Shown here: positions 12,101 through 25,663 of the stretch, in pieces
Layout: each line of letters begins with the position of its first letter
Numbering within the stretch: the first letter of the stretch is position 1
Assembly: GCA_030390025.1 (NCBI GenBank)
Contig: CM059431.1
Coordinates: forward strand, 144,524,001 to 144,588,000
Reading direction: 5' to 3'
Origin: Squalus acanthias
Lineage: Eukaryota
Length of the DNA: 64,000 nt
The notes under the pieces: model-generated
Database searches by the model: none
What the model saw: only the letters and a program-made list of their open reading frames with translations
What the model was told of the DNA's origin: nothing
Program-made: the position numbers and the translations under genes

Positions 12101-15100
12101 GACCTGTTCTTCAGTGCAAATTCAACACGCATTTCCGGATGATAATTGCTTCATATGTAACAAATCACATTTGCACACTCATACCGATAACTCAATATCA
12201 TGCCACACGTGCCATCCGATACAAGCCTTTCTCGGGCTTTCAGGTACCTTATCAAAAGATTGTAATTGTCTGGAGAACTTTGCTCATCTTCCTATGCATG
12301 GTCCCAAAGTCTTGGGTAGTGGCCGGACTATCGAATTAAGGTTTCTTAAAAGTTTCATTATAGGACTCAAATGTCTCCAAGAGAAACTATCAATTCACTT
12401 TTTGTAGCTGCACTTTCTTGACTTTCACTGGCAAGTTTGGAAAATACCCCTTCAGAAGTGTAATTTTCCAGTTTCAATCTCTACCCCTCAATCACTTCCC
12501 TTTAATTACCATTAATATCTCATTCATGAGCCCTGGAGGAAATTTACTCTCCGGTACAATATTTAAGATAGAACACATAGATGAAACGTTCTCACTTGGT
12601 CCAAGTTATTAACAGTTTTTACTTATCATTATTTTAGAGGATGCTTTATTTTCCCAAACGTACCCCAATATATAGTGCCTGAGTCCATTTTGTCATTGCA
12701 AAATTATCCCAAAATCCAAACAGCAGTATTGTTCAACTGGCCGGTTTTGCCAATGCTCAACTTCATTTCTATCAATTCATCTTATCAATTCCAATTTCAG
12801 AAAAAAGTGATTCCCAGGCTAGGTGGTTTACACGGTGTTTTAACATTAGAGACAGAAATACTGAAATTAGTTTACTAGGTAACTTCCATATAACAAAGGA
12901 AAGAAGAGAATCCATTGTGACTCTGCTTAAGAGCCCAAGGGGTTAATTTATCAAATCATAATTTTCCTTCAGTCACTGTGGGGAAATATTAACTTAAAAT
13001 TAAGAAACTTAAATTTAATAAGTCCAATATCTTTAAATGTCATTAAGTTGTTGCTTGGCGAATTTAACAGCTGTAAGTGGAAAGGGTTATTTGCAGGTTT
13101 GTAAGAAGGTGGAGCGAAACATTGTCAGGCGCTCGCAATTGCGTCACTTCATGTAAATTTTTAAAAAACTTTCCCGATCGAAAAAGACAGTTGTGCTTTC
13201 ACAATTTAATAGGTTTGTTACCTTTAATAATTACAATTTAATGCAGATCAGTCTTTTATTAACAAAACACGAACAGAACAGACAAAACAAAATAGCACGT
13301 GAAAACAGTAAATTACGTCATATTTCTTACTGTCCTTTCTTCAGAAGCCTTTCCAAATGACTGTAAAAACCTTGAATACAACTGGAGAAAAAATCATTTT
13401 TTCACATTTAAACAAATCCAATTAAACTGCTTTGTAAATTTCACTACAGCAAGCGCGACTTCAAGGTGAAATATTAGACCGAAACGTAATCTTATGTTGA
13501 ACAAACTTTTTGTTTTTCTCAGTTTTTCCTCACCAGCTTAACTTAAATTGTAGTTCAAAGTTTTTTTGTTCAATTCTGGGTGTACAATCTTAACCGCACA
13601 TTCTTAAAACTTAAACGCTTTTTAAAATTAAAGCAGAGAAGTGGGTGGAGCTTTAAAGACAGACTTTCAGACAAAAGGAATACTGTAACTTTTTAAACAT
13701 TCATAGTCAAGAAACTTCCACACTTTAACACACACTTTCACACTAACTGAAACTGCAGCATTTTTTTAAGGTTCCTTTCACTCAGCAAATCTTGTGTTTT
13801 ATGTGTCTCAGCACAGACGTTAATAACTTCCATGTTGGTAAAACTTTAGGTTTCTCTCTTTTGTTTTCCTTTTTTTAAATCGGCGTCTCAGCAGCTTTCC
13901 CTGGCTTTCCAAATTACTGTTTTCTTCCTTTCTTTGCTGAGTTTTCAGGTAAGTTATCCTGTGTGGGATCGCAAATTAGGCCTGTGCAACGAAACCTATA
14001 CCCCTTAGTCTTTAAATATATATTAACCAAGGCTGTAGGGCAGTAATATTAGAAATCATGTCTAAAGGATAGTTAATTCATTTATAGAGAGATATCAATA
14101 CGTACATATTGCTTTTTAGATAGTTGCAAAGCATGATGGACCATTTGGTTCATTATTTTAACCCTTTTAAATATTACTGAAAGAAGTGTTGCTACTTGCA
14201 GCCAGATTGTCGGAGTCATAGCTTAACTTCTAGGCATTTTAGAAGTTCATTATCAGTGCTACAGAAGCAGTGTTTATATGTAGTTGGCCTTCTGAAGAGA
14301 TAAGGGAAACTGAACTGTACGGGGAGTCGGCCATTTCTCTCTTGGTCTCAAACACCTTATCTCCCTTTGGAGTGGACCTTGTTTATCATAATAAGCTTCT
14401 CTCGAGAATTAACGAAGTATTGGTTAGATACAACAATATGGGAAAAGTAAGATAAGCGTTTTACAACCTTGTTTAAGAGACAAGATGGAGTCTGGTAGAC
14501 CTCGCTCCCAGAGACTATATGAAGGCCCCATGTATAACAACTATGTGTTATGTTTAATGTCACAGAACATTTCAGGGCGGCTCCCAACATTGAGCGACTG
14601 ATCATTAACCAATAAGTGGAACAATGGTAGTGACGTTGTTTGTATTTGTGCGCCCACTTTTGTAACCTGTGGGTGTTGCCTATCGAAAGGTATATCAGTG
14701 CTTGTATGTAGTTTTTCCTTTGAGAGTTGGGTTCGAGTCTGAGGAAATCAACCTCTCTCCCTTTGTGCACAAAGCCTTCTGGCTAGTTTCTAATAAACTT
14801 TTACTTTGTCTTCAGTTCCGTCTCCGTCTGGTTTTGCTCCAAAATTCGATGTAACGGTGAGTAATTGGGATGCCGGGAGCAGGGGTGACCTCTTAGGACT
14901 TTAATTAGTCCCTGTGGACTCGAATTGGGCCCCTGTGAAAAAGTCCCAATTCTGATCTAACACCTGCAAATTAGATCTTTTGTTAGGGTAACTATCTGAC
15001 ACCTGGCTCCCTCAAGATTCTGTTTGGCGAATCCTGCCTGAACTGTATTAACACTTTGTTGCTGTATGATCGCGGTAGATGTGGCAACTTGACTTTGGAG

Positions 15101-17439
15101 AATTTTAATCTGATTCTGTTTTTCTAAAATTTGATCCTCCTGCGTGAGGATAACATCATCATCCCGCTCCGCACATTACGAAGTTGCATATGTAATCAAA
15201 CGCATTGCTTTTCCTGGCTTCCATTTCTTAGCCTTAACCTGCCTTTCAATGAATCCTCAAAAGGTACTCTCAGATAATTCGTTAGACACTCCACTAATAG
15301 TGTGTCATCACACTTCTTCTCTAACGTCGCTCTATATTCTTTCCAAAGATCCCCTCTCGGCATTTTGAGACCTATCTGTCAGGTAAACTAACTCTCCACC
15401 CGGATTCACCGTTGTCCAGACGACAGTCCAAGTGCCTGCTGCCTTATCCACAATAATACCTGGTTTCAGTTAATAGTCAACGTCCCATCTGGTCCACCTC
15501 CGCGCAGTCCCAATCCACTGTATTTATTAGTTTGTGTTCAAAGTGTCTCGTCACAAAGCTCTCCTTCTCCTGGGGGACTACAACAGGTGTGAGGGATTAA
15601 TTTGGGACCTTGAACGAAGTGAATCCAAATATTTTGCAACTGTTGTCCTAAATTCGGCGCTTTCTAAAGTAGATCGTTTCCTTTACAAATATAGCTACAT
15701 TTTTCCCATGCTCTCCTCCCACATCCCTTCAAAAAATATAACCTTTAATGAGAGGCGTTTGGCTTTATTCCGACAACACTGATACTGAAGAGCCTACTAT
15801 ATTTATGAACAGTAACAAGTGGTCACTTATATAACCCGAGTGTTCTGCCACAGATTGTTTAGCTGGAAATCTGTTTAGTTTTATATAGCAGGTCGGCCTT
15901 ACAAACAACGACCACCTCGCACTGCTCCATTGTATCGAATACATCCGCCTGTACCACGTGTTCCTGTTGGGCTATTTTAGGCTCGAGGTGCTTCACCATG
16001 TTTTTCCATTGTTACAGTTCTCTCACTGTAAACTGTGAGATAGAACATTTTCCTTACTTGCTGCAAATTTACATTTATTGTGTGGTGCTAAGATGTTGAA
16101 TTGATTTCTAATATTACTTCTATTGCTGTTGTCTTTATCAGGTGCTATCCAGCGCTATGACCTTCGGTCTCCCACACCTTCAATACAGCCAATTCCAGGT
16201 CAGCTAGAGCGACTTCGATAGCCTTTAACTAACAATTGGTGACCGAACAAAGTTGTTGCTTTTTAACAATTACTATTTGGAACAATAATAACAAATACAA
16301 TAAGACGCAGTTTTCTAGGCTTTCGTTGGCCGCAGATAACTCTAGGAATTAGACTCAGATTCAACACAAGTTTGCATCTATAGAGCAGGCAGCTTCCCTT
16401 TACATCTACCGATATTATTACCATATTAATCAAAGTATTATTTGACACAGTGTGCCTGTTTATATTGACTTGTCCTGGTGACAGTCTGTTGTAAATCTAT
16501 TCATAGTGAGTCATCAACGAGATTTTGAATGCAACGTTAAGTTAAATCTTATAACTATTCAGGATTGTTATCAAACCCCGGACTTGATTTTATCCTTGCA
16601 GCTCACAGTACTGATCAGAGATTCTGAATAATATAATTTATCATTGCTATACACACTATTCGTAACAATATGCAGATGCTCCACAAGGCTGAATATTCAG
16701 CAACATCTCAATTTTATCTCAAATATCTGACAATTACTTTTCGCAGTTATTACTTGCATTACCAAGAAATTATAGTTGCATAAATCGTTCAATATTGGTC
16801 TAATTCAGAAAAAAAATATTACACTGTAGGCATTGAGAAAAGGGGTGAGCAGCTTCATTTTAATTTCGATGATTAGCTTTCAACTTTTGGTCACCAGTCG
16901 TGATTTCTCGTTCTTAGCGAAACAGGCAAACGTCACAGTTACAATAGAGTTCTCAGTGTTTTGCATCATTCGGACATTTAACAAGAGACACGTGCCCTAT
17001 TCCACGTGGACCGGAAACAGTAGGGGGTTGCGACTGAAGGTGAGACCCCCATCTGCAGAAATCTTACCGAGGCACGAGGGCAAAATACGTCATTGGTTCT
17101 GCCTACCGGAAAATTTAATTGTCAATTTATCTGGTAAATCTAAATTGCTGGCATGCATAGAAGTCAATTATCTCTGCTTCTCAAACATGTTATTCCACCA
17201 ATACATCTTACTTGTGATTATTGAATTACAACCTTAGCGAGAAAGGAGCATATCGGAAGCTCTGAAATACAAGTAGCCAGAGGCAATACCGACATGACTC
17301 GCGTGCTATATAAACGGGATATTTTCGTGCGCCTGGTATTGTTTACAAGAACCATCCTACTGTGTTTTTGAACAGCGAACTATTCTGATCTGAAACAAGA
17401 ACGGACACTGAGCTCTAAATTTGGACAGCAACATTTTGG

Positions 17440-18232
17440 TTTGACTTAATTGTTTTCTTTAAACCAGCCTGAGGAATATCAGCAAAGTCTTCAGCTCTTC
17501 TCTGTATTTGGTCAGAGTGTATCCAGAAATGCAGGTGTTCGTCCAGGAACACAAATACATGAACATGAACCTGGTTCGAGTCGGTATATATATTGGGTTA
17601 GTGAAATCGCATTGATAATGAGCGCTGACGGTCATTCTGACAACTAAAGCTCACAGCAGCTTTCAACCACCAGAAGGTAAAATTGCCCGATAGAGTGGAG
17701 AGCGAATTGATCGATCTGTTTCGGTTCTCCCTATCTGGATCACACTCATTCTCGCCGTATTGACCCGGAGTGCCCTGCGGACTCGATTGGACGGCCAGAT
17801 ACTTAAACATTGAAATCAAAGCAGATGGCATCAAGGGAAAAATATAGATTTCACCAGGAATGTGCTGCCCAGGAATGTAATAAAAGGAATTCCACACTTG
17901 TGCTTCAATCCCGCTGCACATTGTCAATTATTTCTTCCTGTTCAAAGCATCAGAGGCTGTAACTGAACCAGAACAGGTCGGTGATCCCTGTTAGACCGCG
18001 GCTGCAGTCCTCTCCGTGCAATATGACGTTGTAAGTTTCGAGCAGCATATCGCTGCAATGCGTTCAATGGTGAAGGAGACGGTGAACCGCACAGACCTTT
18101 CCAGGGTGGCGACATTCAAGCAGAGAATGAAGCTGCAAACTGGAGTTTGGAACAGGAAGCGTAGTGGAAAGACATAACCGAAATTCCGATGAGGTTGAAG
18201 ATCATGACCAGTAGAAACGCCACCGCCTTATT
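17440..18232 (-). pseudogene. Decayed GPR139-like GPCR exon 2
   Basis: DNA blocks shared with 59080-59999 (GTGAAGGAGACGGTGAACC, TTGAAGATCATGACCAGTAGA); ENECDPDRENRNRSI..TLSGNF; frameshifted, exon 1 not found. Confidence 0.85.
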
Positions 18233-18244
18233 GTCACAGCCTCT

Positions 18245-19045
18245 TGGGCCTGTTACATAGGAACAGGAGAAAGGCATGCAGGCCCGCCCCGCCTCCCTCA
18301 GCCTGACGTGTAGGAACAGAATTGACCATTCATCCCCAAAAACCTGTGGCATAGGAATATAAAGAGGCCATTCCGCCCCTCGAGTCCGTTACATAGGAAA
18401 GGAGGAGGCCATTTAGCCCTCTAGTCCGTAACATAGGAATAGCTGTAGGTTTTCCAGACCCTCGATCCAGCTACAGAAATACAGGAGTAGGCCATTCAGC
18501 CCCTCGCTTCTGTTAGAACGGAACTGGAAAAGACCATTCAGCCCCTCGAGCCTGTTATATAGAAATGCGAATAAATCATTAATCCTCTAGATCGTGCTGC
18601 ATAGGAACAAGAGTCGGCCATCCATACCTCGAGCCTGTTCCAATATAACAGAGTAGGCAATTCAACTCATCAGCCAGTTTCATACTTACAGGGGCAGAGC
18701 GAGCGGCCCGTAGAATCTGTTACATAGGAATGGGAGAAGGCCATTCAGCCCCTCGAGCCAGCTACATAGGAACAGGGGTTGGCTATTTTGCACCGTTTGG
18801 TCGCTCACATTTGAAAAGTAGGCCAGTTAGCCCCTTGAGCCTGTTGCACAGGAACCTGAGTACACCATTCAACCCCTCGAGCCTGTTACATATTTACCGG
18901 GGTAGAACTGGCGGCTCATCGAGCCTGTTACATAGGAATGGGAGGAGATTATTCAGCCCCCAGAGCCAACTAAATAGCAACATGAGTAGAACATTCAGAC
19001 CGCGGCACTGAGCACAGGAACAAGGAGAGGCCATTCACACCTTCA
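18245..19045. repeat. ~41-bp minisatellite derived from a CR1 3' end
   Basis: Unit CATAGGAACAGGAGTAGGCCATTCAGCCCCTCGAGCCTGTTA resembles the LINE termini at 29730-29780 and 61020-61065. Confidence 0.8.
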
Positions 19046-19239
19046 CGTTACTTCATCAGATAACACAATTAAATTAATCGAACAGGATTTGCCTTTAACA
19101 AATCCGTTTTGGCTGTCTTATCTGCCCCTTTACTGCCCTGTATCCTTTATGCTGCTCAAGACAAACATTGTTAACCCCGCCCCTTCCTTAACCACGCCCC
19201 TTACTACTTTACATAAACCTGCAGGATCGGCACTCCGAG

Positions 19240-19770
19240 AAGCGACCTGATAAAGGCTTATCAAATAAAGCACTTGCTGGATTGCGCGCCTATTGACAGA
19301 TGATTTCAGTTTGACAGGTTAGAGAGGAGCGGGAGACATGCAGATGAGCTCGGTAGGTGGTTCTTCTTTTCACCGAGAGTAACGAGCCTCTGGAATGTGT
19401 TGCAAGCTTGGGCGACACGTGCTGCCTCTCTGCATCTCTTCAAGAGAGAGCTAGACCGCTTCTTGCCTCGGGCAGATATCGCAGCATATTCAAGGTAAGT
19501 GGATTAACAATTAACGTGCGCAAATCAATGTCAACTTCTGAAGTGGTTTTGATTGCCTGAGGGTGTCGCAGAGGAATTCTCCACAGTTTTTTTGCGCCTT
19601 ATTGACCCTGGGTATTTTCTGCTACATTGCATCTCCCCGAAGATCACAGGCTGCAGGGAGATATGAAGTGTTTACTCAACGTGCTGCGAGCATCATGAGT
19701 GTGGGGCAGGCTTGATGGACCTGCCGGTCTTTTGTTGCCCGTCATTTCTGTCTTTTCGTCTGTTCTTGCG
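19240..19770 (+). mobile_element. Old CR1-like 3' fragment
   Basis: TTCTTTTCACCGAGAGT..CTCTGGAAT, TTCAAGAGAGAGCTAGAC, terminal GCTTGATGGACC hairpin-like region and short-repeat tail. Confidence 0.5.
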
Positions 19771-20199
19771 GCGCCTCTGAAGGTTGAATAATGTGACTTT
19801 CCCTGCACGTTCTTTGTAGCCGAGTCCGCTGACCGTGGACCTCGGCCTCGTGGCCCCTTTCTACCGTCTCATCGGGATGGATGCTAACCATGTACCAGGG
19901 TTACCAGAAGTAAGGTCATTTCCCAGTGTGAAACCTGACTAGAGCACCTCAGAGCTGCAGCTGAAACCTGGCGCTGATTGGGCCATGTAGCTCAGACGTC
20001 TGTTTGGTTGCTACTTCACAGCGCTCACTGTACCCTCTCTCCTCATTCACATTGCCTTTCATTAATTACTCACTGTTTAGTCTGTGCTGCACATTACTGT
20101 AGCAGTTCTGTATTCTATGCTTATCAAAGAAAGACTTCCATTTGTATAGAGTCTTATACATCCCCAGGACGCCCCAAACGACTTTACTGTCAATGAACT

Positions 20200-20550
20200 A
20201 CTATTTTTTAAAGTAGCCGGTGTTGTAAAGTAGCAATAATGGCAGCAAATTTCTGCACAGCAAGATCCCCCACACAGCAATATGATAGTTAACAGATAAT
20301 TTGTTTTAATACATTTGTTTGAGAGATAAATGTCAGCGAGGATGCTGGGGAAGAATCCACTGCTCATCTTCAAAATAGTGCCATGGGATCTTTTAACTCC
20401 TCCTGAGTGGATCAACGGACAATCGGATTAATATCACATCTGCAAGGCGGCACCTCCACCAGCCTAGATGTTTTTCTCAAGTCCCTGGAGTGGGGCTGGA
20501 ACACAACAATTCTGACTTCGAGACTGCTACCACCGAGCCACGTCTGACAC
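20200..20550 (-). mobile_element. tRNA-headed Deu-domain SINE (SacSINE1-like)
   Basis: Minus strand has head GTGTCAGACGTGGCTCGGTGGTAGC and Deu core TAAAAGATCCCATGGCACTATTTTGAAG; homologous to 31733-32080. Confidence 0.75.
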
Positions 20551-21722
20551 AGTACCTACACCTCGCATCACTGTGTAACGGTAAATATACAGAAATGACC
20601 ATTCTCACCGAGCCCCGGTTGACACTGTACCTACACCTCGCATCACTGTGTAACGGTAAATATTGAGAAATGACCATTCCCACCGAGCCCCGGCTGACAC
20701 TGTACCTACATCTCGCATCACTGTGTAACGGTAAATATAGAGAAATGAACATTCTCACCGAGCCCCGGCTGACACTATACCTACACCGAGCATCACTGTG
20801 TAACGGTAAATATAGTGAAATGACCATTCCCACCAAGCCCCGGCTGACACTGTACCGACACCGAGCATCATTGTGTAACGGTAAATGTACAGAAATGTCC
20901 ATTCTCACCGAGCCCCGGCTGACACTATACCTACACCAAGCATCACTGTGTAACGGTAAATATAGCGAAATGACCATTCACACCGAGCCCCGGCTGACAC
21001 TGTACCAATACCGGGCATCACTGTGTAACGGTAAATATACAGAAATGACCATTCCCACCGAGCCCCGGTTGACACTGTACCTACACCTCGCATCACTGTG
21101 TAACGGTAAATATAGTGAAATGAACATTCCCACCAAGCCCCGGCTGACACTGTACCTACACCTCGCATCACTGTGTAACGGTAAATATAGTGAAATGACC
21201 ATTCCCACCGAGCCCCGGCTGACACTGTACCTACACCGAGCTTCACTGTGTAACGGTAAATATAGACAAATGACCATTCCCACCGAGCCCCGGCTGACAC
21301 TGTACCTACACCTCGCATCACTGTGTAACGGTAAATATAGTGAAATGACCATTCCCACCGAGCCCCGGCTGACACTGTACCTACACCGAGCTTCACTGTG
21401 TAACGGTAAATATAGACAAATGACCATTCCCACCGAGCCCCGGCTGACACTGTACCTACACCGAGCATCACTGTGTAACGGTAAATATAGAGAAATGACA
21501 ATTCCCACCGAGCCCCGGCTGACACTGTACCTGCACCGAGCATCACTGTGTAACGGTAAATATACAGAAATGACCATTCCCACCGAGCCCCGCTGCCACT
21601 GTACCTACACCGAGCATCATTGTGTATCGGTAGATATAGAGTAATGACCATTCCCACCGAGCCAAGGCTGACACTATACCTACACCAAGCATCACTGTGT
21701 GACAATAAATATAGAGAAATTA
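20531..21722. repeat. 60-bp tandem repeat, ~20 copies
   Basis: CACCGAGCCCCGGCTGACACTGTACCTACACCTCGCATCACTGTGTAACGGTAAATATAGAGAAATGACCATTCC recurring with period 60. Confidence 0.95.
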
Positions 21723-21899
21723 CCAATTCCATCGACACGCAGCCTCCACAAGAGGACCTTAAAGTCGGCCTTCCTGGCCATCCAGATATATTTATATTTG
21801 GCCAACGTATATTTGGATAGAGAGAGTGATGGATACTAAAATAGAAGGGACAGTAAATCATTCTGAGAACCAAAGGGCGCTGTAAAGGGATATTGATAA

Positions 21900-22240
21900 G
21901 ATTCCGGAATTGGGGAAGAAGGCAGATGGAACTCAATGTCAGTAAATGTCAGCCAAAGAATTAACATTAAGAATTCGGTGCATGGGAAAAGCTGCATGAT
22001 GTGGAAGAGCAGTTGGATTGGTTTGGGGGAATATGTCTATAAGAACTTTAAAACACCACCTCAACTGGATAGAGCTTTTAAAAGATAATGCATTATTGGG
22101 AGTTATGGGAAGAGGCGTAGACTATAACATTACAGATGCAATGGTGAATCTGAGAAAAACATTAGTGAGACAACAGCTGCAGTATTATGTGCAGTTTGGT
22201 GCTGCACAATTTACGTGGGCTGCTGAGGCAATAGAGATGT
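21900..22240 (+). mobile_element. Old CR1 ORF2 fragment
   Basis: MVNLRKTLVRQQLQYYVQF resembles the CR1 LYKxLVRPxLEYCVQFW motif. Confidence 0.6.
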
Positions 22241-22243
22241 GAT

Positions 22244-24990
22244 TGTAGGGGTAATACTGGGACGGGAGGGACACGGTCACATCTATTGTAAGTGTAGGGG
22301 TAACACTTGGACAGGAGGGCCACGGTCACATCTAGTGTCAGTGCAGGGGTAGCACTGGGACATGATTGACACGGTCACATCTAGTGTCAGTGTAGGGGTA
22401 ACATTGGGACAGGATGGACACGGTCACAACTAGTGTCAGTGTAAGTGTAACACAGGGAAAGGAGGGGCACGGCCACATCTAGTGTCAGTGTAGGGGTATC
22501 TCTGGGACAGGAGGGACACGGTCACATCTAGTGTCAGTGTAGGGGTAGCACTGAGACAGGAGGGGCACGGTCACATCTAGTGTCAGTGTAGGGGTAGCAC
22601 TGGGACAGTAGTGGCACGGTCAATTCTAGTGTAAATGTAGGGGTAGCACTGGTGCAGCAGTGGCACGGTCACTTCTAGTGTAAGTGTAGGGGTAACTCTG
22701 GTACAGGAGGGACACGGTCACATCTAGTGTCATTGTAGGGATATCTCTGGGACGGGAGGGACATTGTCACATCTAGTGTCAGTGTAGGGGTAGCACTGGG
22801 TCAGTAGTGGCATGGTCACTTCTAGTGTAAATGTAGGGGTAGCACTGGTACAGTAGTGTCACGGTCACTTCTAGTGTAAGTGTAGGGGTAACTCTGGGAT
22901 AGGAGGGACACGGTCACATCTTGTGTCAGTGTAGGGGTAGCACTGGGACAGGATGGACAAGGTCACATCCAGTGTCAGTTTCGGGGTAACACTGGGACAG
23001 TTTGGGCACGTTCACATCTAGTGCCAGTGTAGGGTTAACATTGGGACAGGAGGGACACGGTCAGATCTTGTGTAAGTGTAGGGGTAACATTGGGACAGGA
23101 GGGGCACGATAACATCTAGTGTCAGTGTAGGGGTAATACTGGGTCAGGATGGACACGGTCACATCTAGTTCCAGTGAAGGGGTAACATTGGGTCAGGATG
23201 GACACGGTCACATCTAGTGTCAGTGAAGGGGTAACATTTGGTCAGGATGGACACGGTCACATCTAGTGTCAGTGCAGGGGTGACACTGGGACAGGAGGGA
23301 CACGCTAACAACTAGTCTAATTGTCGCGTTAACACTGGGACAGGATGGACACAGTCACATTTAATGTTAGTGTAGGGGTAACACTGGGACGGGAGGGACA
23401 CGGTCACATCTAGTGTCAGTGTAGGGGTAACAATGGGACAGGAGGGGCACGGTCACATCTAGTGTCAGTGCAGGGATAGCACTGGGACAGGATTGAAACG
23501 GTCACATCTAGTGTCAGTGTAGGGGTAACATTCGGACAGGATGGACACGGTCACATCTAGTGTCAGTGTAGGTGTAACACTGGGACAGGAGGGACACGGT
23601 CACATCTAGTGTCAGTGTAGGGTTAACATTGATACAGTAGTGTCACGGTCACATCTAGTGACAGTGTACGTGTAACATCGGAACAGGAGTGGCACGGTCA
23701 CATCTAGTGACAGTGTAGGGGCAACACTGGGACAGGAGGGACACGGTCAGATCTTGTGTAAGTGTAGGGGTAACATTGGGACAGGAGGGGCACGATAACA
23801 TCTAGTGTCAGTGTAGGGGTAATACTGGGTCAGGATGGACACGGTCACATCTAGTTCCAGTGAAGGGGTAACATTGGGTCAGGATGGACACGGTCACATC
23901 TAGTGTCAGTGAAGGGGTAACATTTGGTCAGGATGGACACGGTCACGTCTAGTGTCAGTGCAGGGGTGACACTGGGACAGGAGGGACACGCTAACAACTA
24001 GTCTAATTGTCGCGTTAACACTGGGACAGGATGGACACAGTCACATTTAATGTTAGTGTAGGGGTAACACTGGGACGGGAGGGACACGGTCACATCTAGT
24101 GTCAGTGTAGGGGTAACAATGGGACAGGAGGGGCACGGTCACATCTAGTGTCAGTGCAGGGATAGCACTGGGACAGGATTGAAACGGTCACATCTAGTGT
24201 CAGTGTAGGGGTAACATTGGGACAGGATGGACACGGTCACATCTAGTGTCAGTGTAGGTGTAACACTGGGACAGGAGGGACACGGTCACATCTAGTGTCA
24301 GTGTAGGGTTAACATTGATACAGTAGTGTCACGGTCACATCTAGTGACAGTGTACGTGTAACATCGGAACAGGAGTGGCACGGTCACATCTAGTGACAGT
24401 GTAGGGGCAACACTGGGACAGGAGGGGCACGGTCACATCTAGTGTCAGTGTCGTTGTAACACTGGAACAGGAGGGGCACGGTCACATCTAGTGTAACTGT
24501 AGGGGTAACACTAGGGGAGGAGGGACACGGTCACACCAAGTGTCAGTCTAGGGGTAACACTGGGACAGGAGGGGCACGGTCACATCTAGTGTAAGTGTAG
24601 GGCTAACACTGGGACAGGAGTGGCACGGTCACATCTAGTGTCAGTGTAAGTGTAACACTGGGACAGGAGGGGCACGGCCACCTCTAGTGTCAGTGTAGGG
24701 GTAACTCTGGGACAGGAGGGACACGGTCACATCTAGTGTCAGTGTAGGGGTAGCACTGGGACAGGAGGGGCACGCACGCAACTAGTTTAAATATTGGGCT
24801 AACACTGGGACAGGAGGGGCACGGTCACTTCTCGTGTAAGTGTAGGGGTAGCACTGGGACAGTAGTGGCACGGTCACTTCTAGTGTAAGTGTAGGTGTAG
24901 CACTGGGACTGTAGTGGCACGGTCAGTTCTAGTGTAAGTCTAGGGGTAACACTGGGACAGGAGGAGAATACGCTGATCTAGTGTATGAGG
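22244..24990. repeat. 49-bp minisatellite, ~56 copies, with an internal 686-bp duplication
   Basis: Unit GTCACATCTAGTGTCAGTGTAGGGGTAACACTGGGACAGGAGGGACACG; variant TCAGATCTTG at 23061 and 23747. Confidence 0.95.
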
Positions 24991-25574
24991 GGGTACTCCC
25001 CTCGTACCGGAGGAGCGCTGTCAATAGCTGTGTTAGTGTAGTGCTACCACTATTACCATAGCAGCACATTCAACTCCAGTGTAGTCATGGCACTAGTGCC
25101 TGAGGAGTTCGGACACATTTAGCGTAACTGTATTGTGCCAGTAGCCCAGGAGGAAAACTGTCACTCTAAGATAAAGGTAGGGTACCACTAGTACAGGAGG
25201 ATCACTGTCACCTCATATACTGCCAGACTGGGTTCATCACCAGTATTGCAGGATGTGATTCACTGCCTGTTCTGGAGGAGTTGTTGCAATAGGAATGAAT
25301 CAAGGGCAGGGTCATGACAATTATTGCCTGGGGAGCTGCCTTCACCAGGCCTGTAGGAACAGCGTCAGCACGAATACTGGGAGATTGCACATCATACACG
25401 TAGACACTGTTTTAAATCTGCACTTTTTTGAAACTCTCCAATAACAATTTCACAGTATTTCTCTTAATCTGACGTATCAGTTAAAAAAACAACTTACCTA
25501 AGTCTATTTGTTCAATGACTATAACAAATGCTAATTATGATTTAACCTGATTGACTCGCTGGAGGATTGATGTG

Positions 25575-25590
25575 TGGATAAATATAGGTT
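25575..25590 (+). promoter_or_regulatory. TATA-like element of GPCR copy 1
   Basis: GGATAAATATAG ~85 bp upstream of the ATG; conserved upstream of copy 2 (~60560-60571). Confidence 0.5.
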
Positions 25591-25663
25591 CCCTTCCATT
25601 GCCTCAGCCGTGCGCCAGTCGGAGTCCTTTAGCTTCGACAGAATTCATTCATTTTCACTGAAA

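Noticed and set aside
16229..16250. Possible tRNA-Trp primer-binding site (TGGTGACC)
   Set aside because: Only 8 nt match, opposite orientation to the env genes, no matching LTR
12600..16500. Retroviral pol
   Set aside because: No protease, YxDD, RNase H or integrase motifs recognised by eye
20477..21936. Repeat-protein ORFs
   Set aside because: By-product of the 60-bp tandem array
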